Below, piece by piece: positions 20,213-31,819 of a stretch of 64,000 nt of DNA. A model generated the notes under the pieces. The model made no database searches and was not told where the DNA came from. It worked only from the letters and a program-made list of their open reading frames with translations. Origin of the DNA: Fimicolochytrium jonesii. Its lineage: Eukaryota. The translations under genes were made by a program, and so were the position numbers. The DNA lies in contig NW_026515695.1 in assembly GCF_025526975.1 (NCBI RefSeq), positions 1-64,000 of the forward strand, in the 5' to 3' direction. Numbering within the stretch: the first letter of the stretch is position 1; each line of letters opens with the position of its first letter.

Positions 20213-22474
20213 ATGCCACCGGCCGCTGCCACACCGGCACCAAAACAACAGCAACAAGCGACCATACCCAACCCGCCACCGAACCTCACCCCCGCCGAAT
20301 TACAGCTATGGGCCATAGAGTACCAGCAAAAGCAGAACGCCTTGCAATCGAGACGAAACCCGTCCCGCAAGGAGAACTGGGACAAGATTTATGAGTCGTC
20401 GAGGAAGGGGAAGAGGCACGGGGTTAAATTGCCTGTGGTTAGTGCAGTTGGGCCGAAGTGAAGGAGTGGGCGTTTTGGAGGTATTGCGGAGGTGGGGCGT
20501 GCGAGCGAGTCGTGCGTTTGTGGTGTGCGCTGGAGGGGATGGGCTAGCGAGGCGGGCCCGCTCTCGTTTGTTTTGCGAGACTCGGCTTGTATTGTCCCGA
20601 CTCCCGCAAGCATAAGGGGCAGGGTGTTCTTTCATTTTCCATTCTACTGGTGTTATTCAAAACTGACCGCCGACACTCACTTTCCACAGGAATATCGAAC
20701 GCAATTCGTAGAACCGTACGACCACTTTCTCACCAGCCTGCTCGACTGTTTCTTTGCACACTCAGTCGAACTCGACGTAGATCGGCTGAACCCAATAATA
20801 GACGAGGCGCGGCGCTCGGCGCCGCGAGGAACGGGGTGGACCGTCTGGCTGTCGACGGAGGCCAGAGAGAGATATCGAGACGCGAAGCAACTTGTTGCTG
20901 ATGCGAAAGTCACGCATAGCGAGATGGTGTATGTTATGCTGAAGGTGCAGGAGCGTTTCGGAAGGCATCATATTGGACGCGAGGATGATTGTGGGCAGCT
21001 GGAATCACTGAACTCAGACGAAAAGGATGCGGATGTGAAGCCAGAGGACCATTTTGAACGCGTTGTCGACTCAGAGCGGATGTCGCAAAAGTCGCTTCTG
21101 TTGCCCGATTTGCGGGACACAGTGGAAGAACAGCGCTCTGCTGGCCCAGAATGCGAGCCACTTCCACCTTACGGCGTCAAAAGCGCGGCCATGCCAACCA
21201 TGTCTGTGACCACGTCTACGTCGGATGCTAGTGAGGCCTGTCCTTCCACACCACGATATACGTACGAAGCACCTTCCATCACGCCAACAGATCACGAGGA
21301 GATCACCGCTCCTCCATATAGGCAGGCGCCTGGAGCAGGCGAAGCCACCACAGAACCTCTACCGCCCTATCTGCACGAGGATTCGCCACGGCTAGGCGCT
21401 TCGGCTGACCTGCCTCCTTTGGATTTGGACATGGAGGTGGGCTCAGTGAGGTCATTAGAGTGGGGCATCTCGCCATCATCCGCGTTCAATCTTTTGCCTT
21501 CCGCCACTCTGTCGATGGATACGATGTACAGCGGCACCGTCGATGGATCATTTTGCAATTATTTCGACGACGCAACATTTGCTCAATCCGTCCAGCCATC
21601 AGCAAGCGAAGGCTACACCAACGCCGTGCCATTATTAGACCAGAGCGAGGCGGACCAGTACCCGAACGCCTTCGGACTGCAGGAAGTTTTCGATGAACCA
21701 CTGCCTTCATACGAGTACTCAATTGCCAAAAGTTCTGATAGCATGGATTTCGGTCACGATAATAAAGCCGACATGGACATAGACCTCGACACCAAATGGG
21801 ATGCCTGGCTGCGCATGGACGATGAGGACGCCTACAGCCAGCCAGCTGCAGAAGAGCATATGGCATATTCCTCATCACACGCAGAGAAGCAGCGGCTGGC
21901 CGAACGCTACATGGTTACGGACGGTGAAGCCATAAGCCATCCATCCATCTCGTCGCCATTCCCAGGCTTTTCCGCGGCCACGCATGATATGCAAGTCGAC
22001 CCCAGCATCGGTGCACTCCCCGCCGATATCCCATTCGTCGTTGACGATCCATCCACGACACAGTGGATCGACGATCTCCTCAGCGGCGTCGCTACCTGTG
22101 CGTCATACCCATCCTCACTCTATAACCTCGACTACACCGCTCCAACTACCCTCGATTACACCGCTCCAACCAGCACCCTTCCACCACCCGAGATGGACTG
22201 GCATCTTGGTATCGAATTTGGAGCAGAACGGACAGGCATCGTGAGAGGCATAGGGGCATCATCCAGCACTTCTACCGCCCCACCACCAGCGCCGTCGCTG
22301 TCATGGGGGTTGGACGAGATGGGACTGGATGTGGATGTTCTGTCGGAGTATACGTTGCTCACGGATGCGGATTGGATGGCGCATCAGAGTACGCGTGCGG
22401 AGGATGGAAGGGGCTACGGGGCGATGGCGAAGGCGAAGAGGCCGGTGATGGGTGGGGTACGGCCGTTTAAGTGA
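20213..22474 (+). CDS. Hypothetical protein with long acidic low-complexity C-terminus
   Basis: First exon from 20213, probable intron to ~20689, then a long open frame to 22474. Confidence 0.6.
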
Positions 22475-23168
22475 GCCGGGGCCGGGCTTTTCCGTCTGCC
22501 CGGACGACTTTTTGTTTTGGACTTTGCTTTGACATACCTAAACTACTGAATTTTTGTACATATAACGCTAGCAGTAAGATCCAAAAATACCTTCAATATC
22601 GTTTCACCACTCAATATGGATTATGGAGGATCTCTGACAGCAACGTCTCCCGGCGGAGTATGGCTTCGTCGCTGACCCTTCGACAGCGTACGAAATGACG
22701 TGGGGCTGATATCATTTTTCTGTACCATTTACCAGCGGTGGTCGGGGCTCACGATGGACATGGGGTTGGCGCTTTTGGATTTGAAGTTGGCGCTGTTCGA
22801 AGGCTTCCGGATCCCGGTCCTCACACCAAGTTGCAGCTCGGATTTGGCAGGTTTGGGACGTCGTCACACGGTATGGCCAAAACGGAGAGGGACTCTGATG
22901 AGGGGAGGCTTGCAAGCGGCGGACAGAGGCCCAGAGTGAGGAGAATGATGGTGCGCGCTCAGGGCTTTCTTGACCGCCGACGGCAGCCATATCGTTCTTT
23001 ACACTTCCCGTCCCCAACAAACAAAGCGCCAGCAGAGGGGCTTTTGAAGTCCCACACCACGCGATCCCTCATCCTTTCTGTCCTTGTCTCGTTCGTGCCG
23101 TGAAGACAGGAAAAGCATAACTTCCCTCATCACCGTCCCTCGTTTCCCGCCCATCACCTCATTCCAAA

Positions 23169-24903
23169 ATGCCAAATCTCGATACTCCTCTCTTCTTCTT
23201 TGGCGTGACGACTGGTATCGCCCTCGCCGCCGCCACCCAATACCTCCTCAACAGCGCGGTCAACGCAAAGCACAGGAAGAGAGACCAGGGTGTCTCAGAA
23301 GTCGATAGGTCAGAAGCGCTCCTCGGCGTGCCACTGACGCACGATGCCGCACAGCTGGAGATGCGGTCTTTCACAGAGTCCCTGCTCGGCTCCACCTCCG
23401 CATCCGGGAACGTCCTGCAGTCGCCGACAGCCGTAAACGTCGGCACCACGCATGGACGCCGACCATCTTACAGCGTTCCTTCGTTCGTCGCTGCGGACGG
23501 TACGTTACCGCAACTCGAACGCGAGTTCACCGTCCCGCCGCACCGATTGCAGACCATGGTCAGACACCTCGTGAACGAGATGAAGAAGGGCTTGGATGCG
23601 GACGGACATACCCTGAAAATGATCCCGTCGTACGTCGTCGCGAGACCAAAAGGACAAGAAACGGGGTCGTACCTCGCTCTGGATTTCGGAGGGTCGAATT
23701 TCCGGGTGTGCTTGGTTGAACTGCGGGGCAACGGACAGAGCCGAGTGCGTCAGTCGAAACACTCCATCTCGGATGAGCTCAAGAAGGGGAAAGGAGAGGC
23801 TCTCTTTGACTTCTTTGCCAAGTGTATTGGGGAATTCTTAATTTCCATCGGTCAAGATGTCCTCGAGCCCCGCAATATCGGCTTTACGTTCAGTTTCCCC
23901 GTGCAGCAGACTGCTCTCAACCACGGCGCTCTCATGCACTGGAACAAAGGTTTTGAGTGCAGCGGAGTTGAGGGCCAGGATGTGGTCGGGCTCCTGAACA
24001 AATCGCTGAGGAAGGCCAATTACAAACTCACTGTCACCGCGTTGGTCAACGACACCGTCGGAACGTTGATTTCGCACGCATACCGCGATCCCCAAACGTT
24101 TGTGGGAGTGATTCTCGGCACGGGCACCAACGCCGCGTACGTCGAGAAAATGGAGTACATCAAAAAATGGAAGGGAAAGAAGACCACTGGCGAAATGGTC
24201 ATCAACACCGAATGGGGAGCCTACGACGAGCAGTCTGTACTGCCGCTCACCAGCTGGGACCGCATGCTGGACCGCGCATCGCTCAACACGGGGAAACAGA
24301 TCTTCGAGAAGATGATCTCTGGCATGTACCTCGGCGAAATCGTGCGGTACATCCTCATCGACCTCGTGTCGACGGGCGAGCTGTTCAAAGGCACCTCGTC
24401 TAAACCGCTGCAGGTCCCTTACAAGTTCGAGACGGCTTACATGTCGCGAATCGAGCGTGACCATTCACTGGAGTTGTCTGACACGAAAGTAGTTTTGGAG
24501 GATATTATGGAGATCCCGGCAACGTCGGTGCAGGATCGACGGGTTGTGAAGCATGTGTGTGAGCTTGTGGGCATTCGCGCGGCTCGGCTGAGCGCTGCTG
24601 GTGTCGCTGCTATCATCACCAAAATGAACCGGTTTGATGCTTGCACGGTCGCTATTGACGGAAGTGTCTTTGGTAAGTGTTGAGATCATTCTGAGAATGC
24701 GCCATTCTGTGTTCCTCTTTCTTCCATGACGGCCGATATCTTATCATTTGTTATTTGCAGAACACTACCCCCACTTTGCCAACCGCATGCGCGATGCATT
24801 ACGTGAATTGCTGGGTATCATGGCCGAAAACGTCGTTTTGGAACAAGCACGAGATGGGTCTGGGGAAGGCGCCGCTCTCATCGCTGCCTTGCACGGAAAG
24901 TGA
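23169..24903 (+). CDS. HXK: Hexokinase with N-terminal hydrophobic anchor
   Basis: LALDFGGSNFRV; GFTFSFP; WNKGF; VNDTVG; ILGTGTN; INTEWG; FEKMISGMYLGE; DGS. Intron 24673-24760; last exon carries DGSGEGAALI. Confidence 0.96.
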
Positions 24904-25895
24904 GGGGCCGAATCGAGTTTCTTTCCAACTCCTCTCGATAGGATTCTCCTTTCCGCCAACATACCCCATCGCACCCGGGCCTGTATAGACGCAGCGACAA
25001 TCCAGCCCAGTGGGCTCCCGCTGTGAAAACATAATCCCCGTAGAGATGACTTTCTCTGTTCCCGATTGTTGCATCCTTAGTTTCACCACCAAGTTGCCGC
25101 TGTTTGTACTTGTCTGATTGGACTTTTGGGGTTTCCTTGATATTTGTAAATATTATGGACCTCCTTTTAATTCATGCACTGATGCCACTCTACGGCGGGA
25201 GATGGGGGTGGGTTGATTTTTGGCTTTTTAAGGCTTCGATAGAACATGCTTCGAAGATCAATCGTCTTCGGTCTGGATCAGACTTATTAAAGCCTGCGCA
25301 ACGCTCACGTGATGAAACCCACGTGATGGAACGCTCTCTCGGACGCTCTTTTGGCCACCTATTACTGTAATTGCACTCTGATAACACTGGCGCTTTGGCA
25401 CAGTTGAATCTTGCTCTCCCTGCAGACGTGCAGGTCGCAAGTTCAATTCCCATTCCCAGACAACTTCTTTGTTTGTTCAGATTATGACCCCTGTCGCGCT
25501 AGGCGCGGCGTGGTAACTACTGTCGCGCTCGGCGCTTCGCGGGTGTTAACTGAACAGCACAACTACCGTACGTACTATGTATCGCAACAGAAAGCAACCT
25601 TACCCACTCTCAAACAGCTCGAGCCACGACCATTTTTCCTCTGCCTCACGGTTCTTTTCGTTTTATTCCTGCTGAAACGGGTTGTTTATAAACACTCCCT
25701 CTCAGACTGCAGATCGAATTCAGTCGCCGTCGCGCTGCATTCTGATCTCATGGAACGTTCCGCTCTCAACTCCCGCGATCGATGGAGACAGCCCGGAATA
25801 GGGGCAGCCTCGCGATTCGCTCTATGAGAGAGCGTGTGTCAGGAGCAGTGGAGATGGCGGAGACAGTTGTCTCGGAGACAATGATGAACTCACCC

Positions 25896-26864
25896 TCACG
25901 CAAATGCATAATCCTCCTCCTCCCACAACTCGGAGCCCGCTGTCTCGTCGCCACCAGATGTAGATCCGTATGACGACACGGACTCGGAGTGTGGGAGGCT
26001 GCTCTCCACCGACGTATACTCCTCGTCTTCATCATCGGCGTCGTCGGAGGCGGGGGTAAAAGCCCGCACTTCCTCGGCCTTCTGCTTTGCAGCGGCCAGG
26101 CGCGCTCGGTGTGCTTCGAAGAGGGGCGTGGTGTGGGCCTTCATCACCTGGCGTGTTGTTGAACCGCACGTCTCCCTCACTAGCTTTCCCAACGCCCTCC
26201 AGTGCCCCTCCTCCTCTTCAAGCGCGGCCAGCTCCTCCTGCGCCATCTCGACATACCCCTCCTCCTCGTCACCGGTCGTCAGGGTGGGCGCTGCTGCTGC
26301 TGCTGCTGCGGCTGCGGCCCCTGCTATGGCGGCAGCGCGGGTGGGGCGGGTGGGGATGGGGGCAGGGTTGAGAAGGGCGGAGATTGGGGCGGGGTTGAGG
26401 AGGCTGGTGATTGCAAGGGGGTTAGGGATAGGGGCAGTGGGAGCGGCAGCGGCGACGGGAGGCTGGGGGGCGGAGACGGGGGGAGCGGCGGCAGAGACGA
26501 GGGGCTGGGCAGTGGAGACGGGGGTTGGGATGGTGGAGACGGGGGGATGGTGGGCGGAGACGGGGGGCTGGCGGGTGAGGTGCGTGGTGGCTGGGGCGGG
26601 TGCACGGCGGGTGGTTGAGGGGACGACGGGTTTGCCCGGGAGGGCAGCGATGGCGTCCAGATATGCCTGCGCGCGCCCACACTTATTGCAGGCCGCCCTG
26701 GCTGTCTTGACGTTGTTCACAATGCCCGTTCGCCATGCAGCGGACGTCCGAGCCCCGCAAGCAACGCAGACTCCTCCAGGAGCAAGGCAGGAGTAGTTTC
26801 GGTCGTCACTACCCCTGCCTGCTCCAGCACCAGATTGAGTTCGGCGTGGGGGTGCTTTGGGCAT
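25896..26864 (-). CDS. GATA-like zinc-finger protein with Pro/Ala repeats, divergent from Fanzor copy B
   Basis: CVACGARTSAAWRTG…ACNKCG; PPVSA repeats; acidic coiled C-terminus. Likely ATG at 26864, after an (AAC)n tract. Confidence 0.65.
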   Translation of the reverse strand: MPKAPPRRTQSGAGAGRGSDDRNYSCLAPGGVCVACGARTSAAWRTGIVNNVKTARAACNKCGRAQAYLDAIAALPGKPVVPSTTRRAPAPATTHLTRQPPVSAHHPPVSTIPTPVSTAQPLVSAAAPPVSAPQPPVAAAAPTAPIPNPLAITSLLNPAPISALLNPAPIPTRPTRAAAIAGAAAAAAAAAAPTLTTGDEEEGYVEMAQEELAALEEEEGHWRALGKLVRETCGSTTRQVMKAHTTPLFEAHRARLAAAKQKAEEVRAFTPASDDADDEDEEYTSVESSLPHSESVSSYGSTSGGDETAGSELWEEEDYAFA

Positions 26865-27102
26865 GGTTGTTGTCGTTGTTGTCGTTGTTGTTGTGTTGTC
26901 GTTGTTGTTGTTGCTGTGTCGGAGGGTGGAACTCGGCGTGTGCTGGGGTTGGAACAAGAGAGCGCGAGGAGGAGGTCTCAGAGACAGGGACCGCAAAAGT
27001 AGGTAGGTTTGACAGTATTTTGACAGTGTAGGCATATAATAGGTTCGCGATCCGTAAGGAAGACTTTTGGCGTATGGCTCTTTTTGTTTGCTCATATGAC
27101 AT

Positions 27103-27326
27103 CCCTAACCCTAACCTTTAACCCTAACCCTACCTACCTTCCCCAGACATCCCAGCCCCAGTCCGGGGCACGTCTCGAAATTCCCCAGGCTCCTCTGGCT
27201 GAGGTTTCCAGCACATTCTCCCCCACAGACATTCTCACCAAACCACAATTGCGCACACTTCCACCCTTGCACATCAAGACAAACCCCCAACCAACCTCTA
27301 AAAGCCTTCAACACATCGCAGGTAAG
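27103..27326 (+). promoter_or_regulatory. Telomere-like CCCTAA tract plus putative non-coding first exon of Fanzor copy B
   Basis: CCCTAACCCTAACCTTTAACCCTAACCCTA at 27103-27132. Block 27244-27326 ends in CAG|GTAAG and recurs at 51992-52074. Confidence 0.6.
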
Positions 27327-27413
27327 CAGGATTCCTGGATCCTCCTCAAGAGCAGGCCCCTTGCTCGGTCCCCTTGATCTCACCACTTGCCTGCACAGCA
27401 CAGCACAGCCATC

Positions 27414-29851
27414 ATGGCATCACACCAGGCGCTCCAGGGGCACCTGTGGTGTGGCATCTTTACCGGAGTAACCACACCACCACGGCGGAAGAGGAGGAAG
27501 GTTACTCCCGTTACCCCGCGTCTGCCAACCACTGTGCAGACACCATTGCAACCCCCACAATTTGAGCTCCCACCCTCTGTCCATCGCCACTTGCCTGAAG
27601 CAATTGCAGACATGGTCAGCGAGAGTTCCGGCGATGACGACGGGCAGCACCAGCAGCGAGGGCTTTCACCTGTAGAAAAGGGGTCTGCAGCGTCCGTTGA
27701 ACCTCCCCGCTCCTATCCCTTTCCTTTTTCCCAGCACACCGGGTGGATCCCTGGTGCTTGAACCCCCACCACCACCACCACCACCAGTTCAACGACCCCG
27801 CCCACAAACACATGCCAGCACCAAGGTTTCGCTTCACCGAATCATCCATAATCAAAATCAAGTTCAAAGGGAGCGCCTGACAACATTCATCGGCAATGTT
27901 CACATCCTTGCACGCCACACCAGCTTTTTTCTCAAGTACTACCTTGGTGAGTTTTTGAGGTACACTGTATATTTCCCATAAACCAATGTCCTGACTGCTA
28001 CGTCTGCACCCCACCACAGCTGATCATCCTCTACACGACTTCCTGGACATCACCGAGAAGCACATCAGTGTGACATTTGAGCTGCTAAACAATCCAGGCT
28101 ACAACGGCAATCCGGTCATCGCGCAAGAGTTGCATCCATGGGTTCAAGACTACTGTGATGTTCACGGATTCGCCCCCATCCGCATGCGGTATTGCCAACA
28201 GACCGCAGCGTACACGGCTACGAGCATCTTCACAAACCTCAAAGTTAACGTACAAGAGCATTTCATGCAAATGTTTCTGCGCTACGTCAATGAAAGGCTT
28301 GGTTTGAAGCAAGTCGTACTGCATCTCCGTAGAGCTGGAGTCAACCGAGCGCAGCGGCGACACTATTATCAGCGTGTCCGTCAGTTTAAAAAGTATGCGA
28401 CGTTTGAAGACCTCCTCCTCGCGCTCTCTTCTTCCAACCCCAGCACACGCCGAGTTCCACACCCCAACACAGCAACAACAACAACGACAACACAACAACA
28501 ACGACAACAACGACAACAACCATGCCCAAAGCACCCCCACGCCGAACTCAATCTGGTGCTGGAGCAGGAAGGGGTAGGGACGACCGAAACTACTCCTGCC
28601 TTGCTCCTGGAGGAGTCTGCGTTGTTTGCGGGGCTCGGACGTCCGCTGCATGGCAAACGGGCATTGTGAACAACGTCAAGACAGCCAGGGCGGCCTGCAA
28701 TAAGTGTGGGCGCGTGCAGGCATATCTGGACGCCATCGCTGCCCTCCCGGGCAAACCCGTTGTCCCCTCAACCACCCTCCCCGCACCCGCCCCAGCCACC
28801 ACGCACCTCACCCGCCAGCCCGCCGTCTCCGCCCACCATCCCCCCGTCTCCACCATCCCAACCCCCGTCTCCACCGCCCAACCCCCCGTCTCCGCCCGCC
28901 AGCCCCCCGTCTCCGCTGCCGCTCCCCCCGGTCACTGTCCCCACCATCCCTCCCGTTCGATATTCCGCTGCACTGCCCTCACAATGCACCACCCCATATC
29001 AGATACACATCCAATCAACGGGCGGTCGAGACAAAGTCTCGGTACTTTCAAAGAGACATGACAGAGCGAAAGATCAATGCGGGCATCGCTGAGATGGAAT
29101 CACATATTCCATCGCACAAGAGCATGAACATTGAGGCGTTCTCAGCATTCATCGTGGATTACGAACATGCGGGTATGATGTTCTACTTCTTTGATTTTCA
29201 AATTTGGTAATACATGGGCTGACATTCATATCCCAGATCCCGCCCTGGATGAGTTTTACCAGGATGAGATTCACGTGGCTCGCAGATTCAAGGCGTTCTC
29301 ACTGCGGCAAAAGTCTGAGAGCAAGCTCATCAAGAACATGCAACGGCTGTATGGAAAGCATTTTTCGGTCATCTTGGGTGATTGGAGCGATGCTGGAAAA
29401 TCCATGCGCATTCAGGAGTCATCAAAGACCAAAGGGTGAGTGACTATCATTGGTACTATGTATTACAATATGCCAACTCATCATGGAAATCAGATTCCGC
29501 ACACTCTTTGCAAGAAACAGCATCCCATGCTACTTGCTAGATGAGTATCGAACGTCTTCCGTGTGCCCAGACTGCCACGGGCGTGTGAAGAAAAACATCC
29601 GACGCCGGCTGTCGTCTCGGCCATGGCAAGCTTGAAAGGGAAGAATGGAATTCGTCCATGGATTGGTGGGTTGCCCCAACCCCGAATGTATCAACCAAGA
29701 CTGGACGCCATTTGAGATTCCTGGAAGACGACCACTACGGATGAAAGTGCACAATCGGGACGTCCTAAGCACCAAGATTTTCCTCTCGATTGTGCGTTCG
29801 GTGGTGTTTGGCGATGGCCGCAGACCAGACGCAATCTCCCGTAACCGGTAG
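27414..29851 (+). pseudogene. Fanzor: Fanzor copy B, pseudogene
   Basis: Closely similar to 3429-6575 with the same intron positions where retained. It has a +1 frameshift near 27677, the equivalent of ~4420-5680 (including RuvC-I) is replaced by foreign DNA, and there is a CGA>TGA stop at 29633-29635. Confidence 0.92.
28411..28930 (+). repeat. Inverted copy of ~26477-26975 (5' part of the GATA-like gene) inside Fanzor B
   Basis: Encodes MPKAPPRRTQSGAGAG…CVVCGARTSAAWQTG…CNKCG, nearly identical to the minus-strand ORF; AGA microhomology at the left junction. Confidence 0.93.
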
Positions 29852-29949
29852 TTTAGATTTCACCCCATCCCATTTTCCGTGGTGGTTATCTGCCATCCAC
29901 ATCATTGTACCTCTGCCTGAGGCGTCGCCGATGAAGGCAACTTGTACTG
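29852..29949 (+). ncRNA. Candidate omegaRNA scaffold / right end, copy B
   Basis: Near-identical to 6576-6672; ends …GGCAACTTGTACTG. Confidence 0.65.
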
Positions 29950-30174
29950 CAGAACACGGGCATGTCCGACTTGGCAAGTTCCATCGCGTCGCCGCCGTGC
30001 AAAGAAGTTTCGGTCAACGAGATCTCCTTCTGGCACGCCAAATCTGGATGGCCAATCCTCTGTCAAGCATCCACGATCCCACACGTCGCTTATAGCTATA
30101 GCCGTCTCCCTCCCCCCGAACTTCCCCGTCGTCACCGTCAAAGCTGGCGACGCGGTCCGACGTAGGATTCTCCA

Positions 30175-31819
30175 ATGTCAGAGTCACAACAGCAGCCGGG
30201 ACAGCCTCCAACTCACCAACATCCACAGCATCTGCAAGCGCATCCACAACTCCAACAGTTCCCGCAACAGCACCTCCAGCAACTTCCGCAACATCTGCAA
30301 CAGAACTTGCAGCAGCGGCAACAACAACAACAACAACAACACGTCCAGCAGCCTCTCACGTCCCTGCCCCCACAACAACACCCCGGCGCGCAATTCCTCA
30401 CCAACAACCCGCTGGTGCAGACGAGATATCAATATGCAGTGCCAGGGTCCGTGCCCGGGTCCATGGCCGGCGGCCCGTTTCCTGGTCCTGGTATGCAGTA
30501 CCTACAGCAAGGGCAACAGATACAGCAACAGCAACGCTTTCAACCACAGCAAGTTTTGATGCAGCCGGTTGCAGGCTTGATGCCCATGGGAATGCAGCAG
30601 GGTCCCATGTACTTCCAATATCCGCAAGCCCAGCAGCAGTTGCAGCAGATGCAACCGTCAATACAGCAACATCCCCAATATGTGATGCAGCAACAAGGTG
30701 GGCGGCCGATGCTAGCTGGGCCGCCTATGCAGCAGCAGCAGCCGCAGCAGCAGATCAGGCAGGATGGTGGGATGTCTCAGCAACAGTATGCGCCTCCTAA
30801 TGCGTACTCGGCGCCACAGCAACAGCAACAGCAACCTCCACCACAACAGTTGCAACAGCAGGGTATGGTGTCCCAACCCATGAGCTTTCCCCAGCAACAG
30901 CGACCGCCGATGGCGTCGAACTCGTTCCAGAACGGATCGACTGGTCAAATACGAGCACAGCCAGGAACGGTGCAAAGCTCCCCGCGACCGACTCCTCCGG
31001 CAGGTCCACCTGTAAGTCAAGCTACAATCAATCAGGTGAGTGCTTGATGACTCAATGCCGTTTGGCCCGCTTTTCTGACCTTGGTCTGGGCTGCGTATTC
31101 AGGTTCTGGAGATCAACCAGCATTTGATACATGTGCTGTTGCGGTTGCAAGGCCATCCAGGGGCTGATCCCCAAGAATACAGGAGGTATGTTATCATCCA
31201 TCGCAGATGCTTATTGCCTGATGCGTCCCATGCTTACAATAAAACGTGATTGCTCAATAGATATCAAGAACGACTCCAAACGAATCTCACATTCCTAGCA
31301 ACAACCGCCGACCACTCTCTGAAACCCGACAAAGCCCGTCTCATAGCTCCCGCGCCCATTCCCGACCTGACGGCAGTATTGTACCCGAAATTCATGAGCC
31401 ACATCCCGCTCCCACGTCCAGACGCAAGCCCGTCGTCCCAAGACCCGGCCTTCAAACCCGAATCGGGTGGATCGCCGCATAACAATCCCTCTCCACGTGC
31501 GGGATCACCGCACGCTCCGCACAATAACGGGGAGAGACATAGCAATTCACCACTGCTGCGGTCCGACCAGCCCGTGACCTCAGCGTCGGGGACGCCGTCT
31601 GTGCCGCATGGAAAGGCGCCTGTGGGGGTTTCGGGGAATGTGGAGTATCAGAGGATGTCACCGTATGGACCGCCGGCGGGGTCGCCGAGTGTTCAGCATC
31701 AGATGCCGGGGCAAGGACAAGGGCAAAGCCAGGGACAGGTGCCGAATCCGTATACTGGGCAAGGGCAAAACCAAGGACAGGGGCCAAATCCCTATGCTGG
31801 GCAAGGGCAAAATCAATGA
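30175..31819 (+). CDS. Gln-rich SSXT (SS18/GIF)-domain protein
   Basis: Spliced exons give ATINQ-VLEINQHLIHVL…YQERLQTNLTFLATTAD, matching the SSXT pattern; Q/P/G/Y-rich flanks. Confidence 0.75.

Noticed and set aside
23838..24464. Long antisense or alternative-frame ORFs over hexokinase (also 46579-47698, 62852-63622, 38261-39055)
   Set aside because: Shadow ORFs caused by GC-rich codon bias in the real genes on the opposite strand.
25491..25580. Left end of copy B (CTGTCGCGCT.GGCGC pair; GTACTAT)
   Set aside because: Short matches only; no convincing TIR or target-site duplication.
30310..30900. CAG/CAA microsatellites as a special repeat system
   Set aside because: They encode polyglutamine tracts of the SSXT-domain protein.
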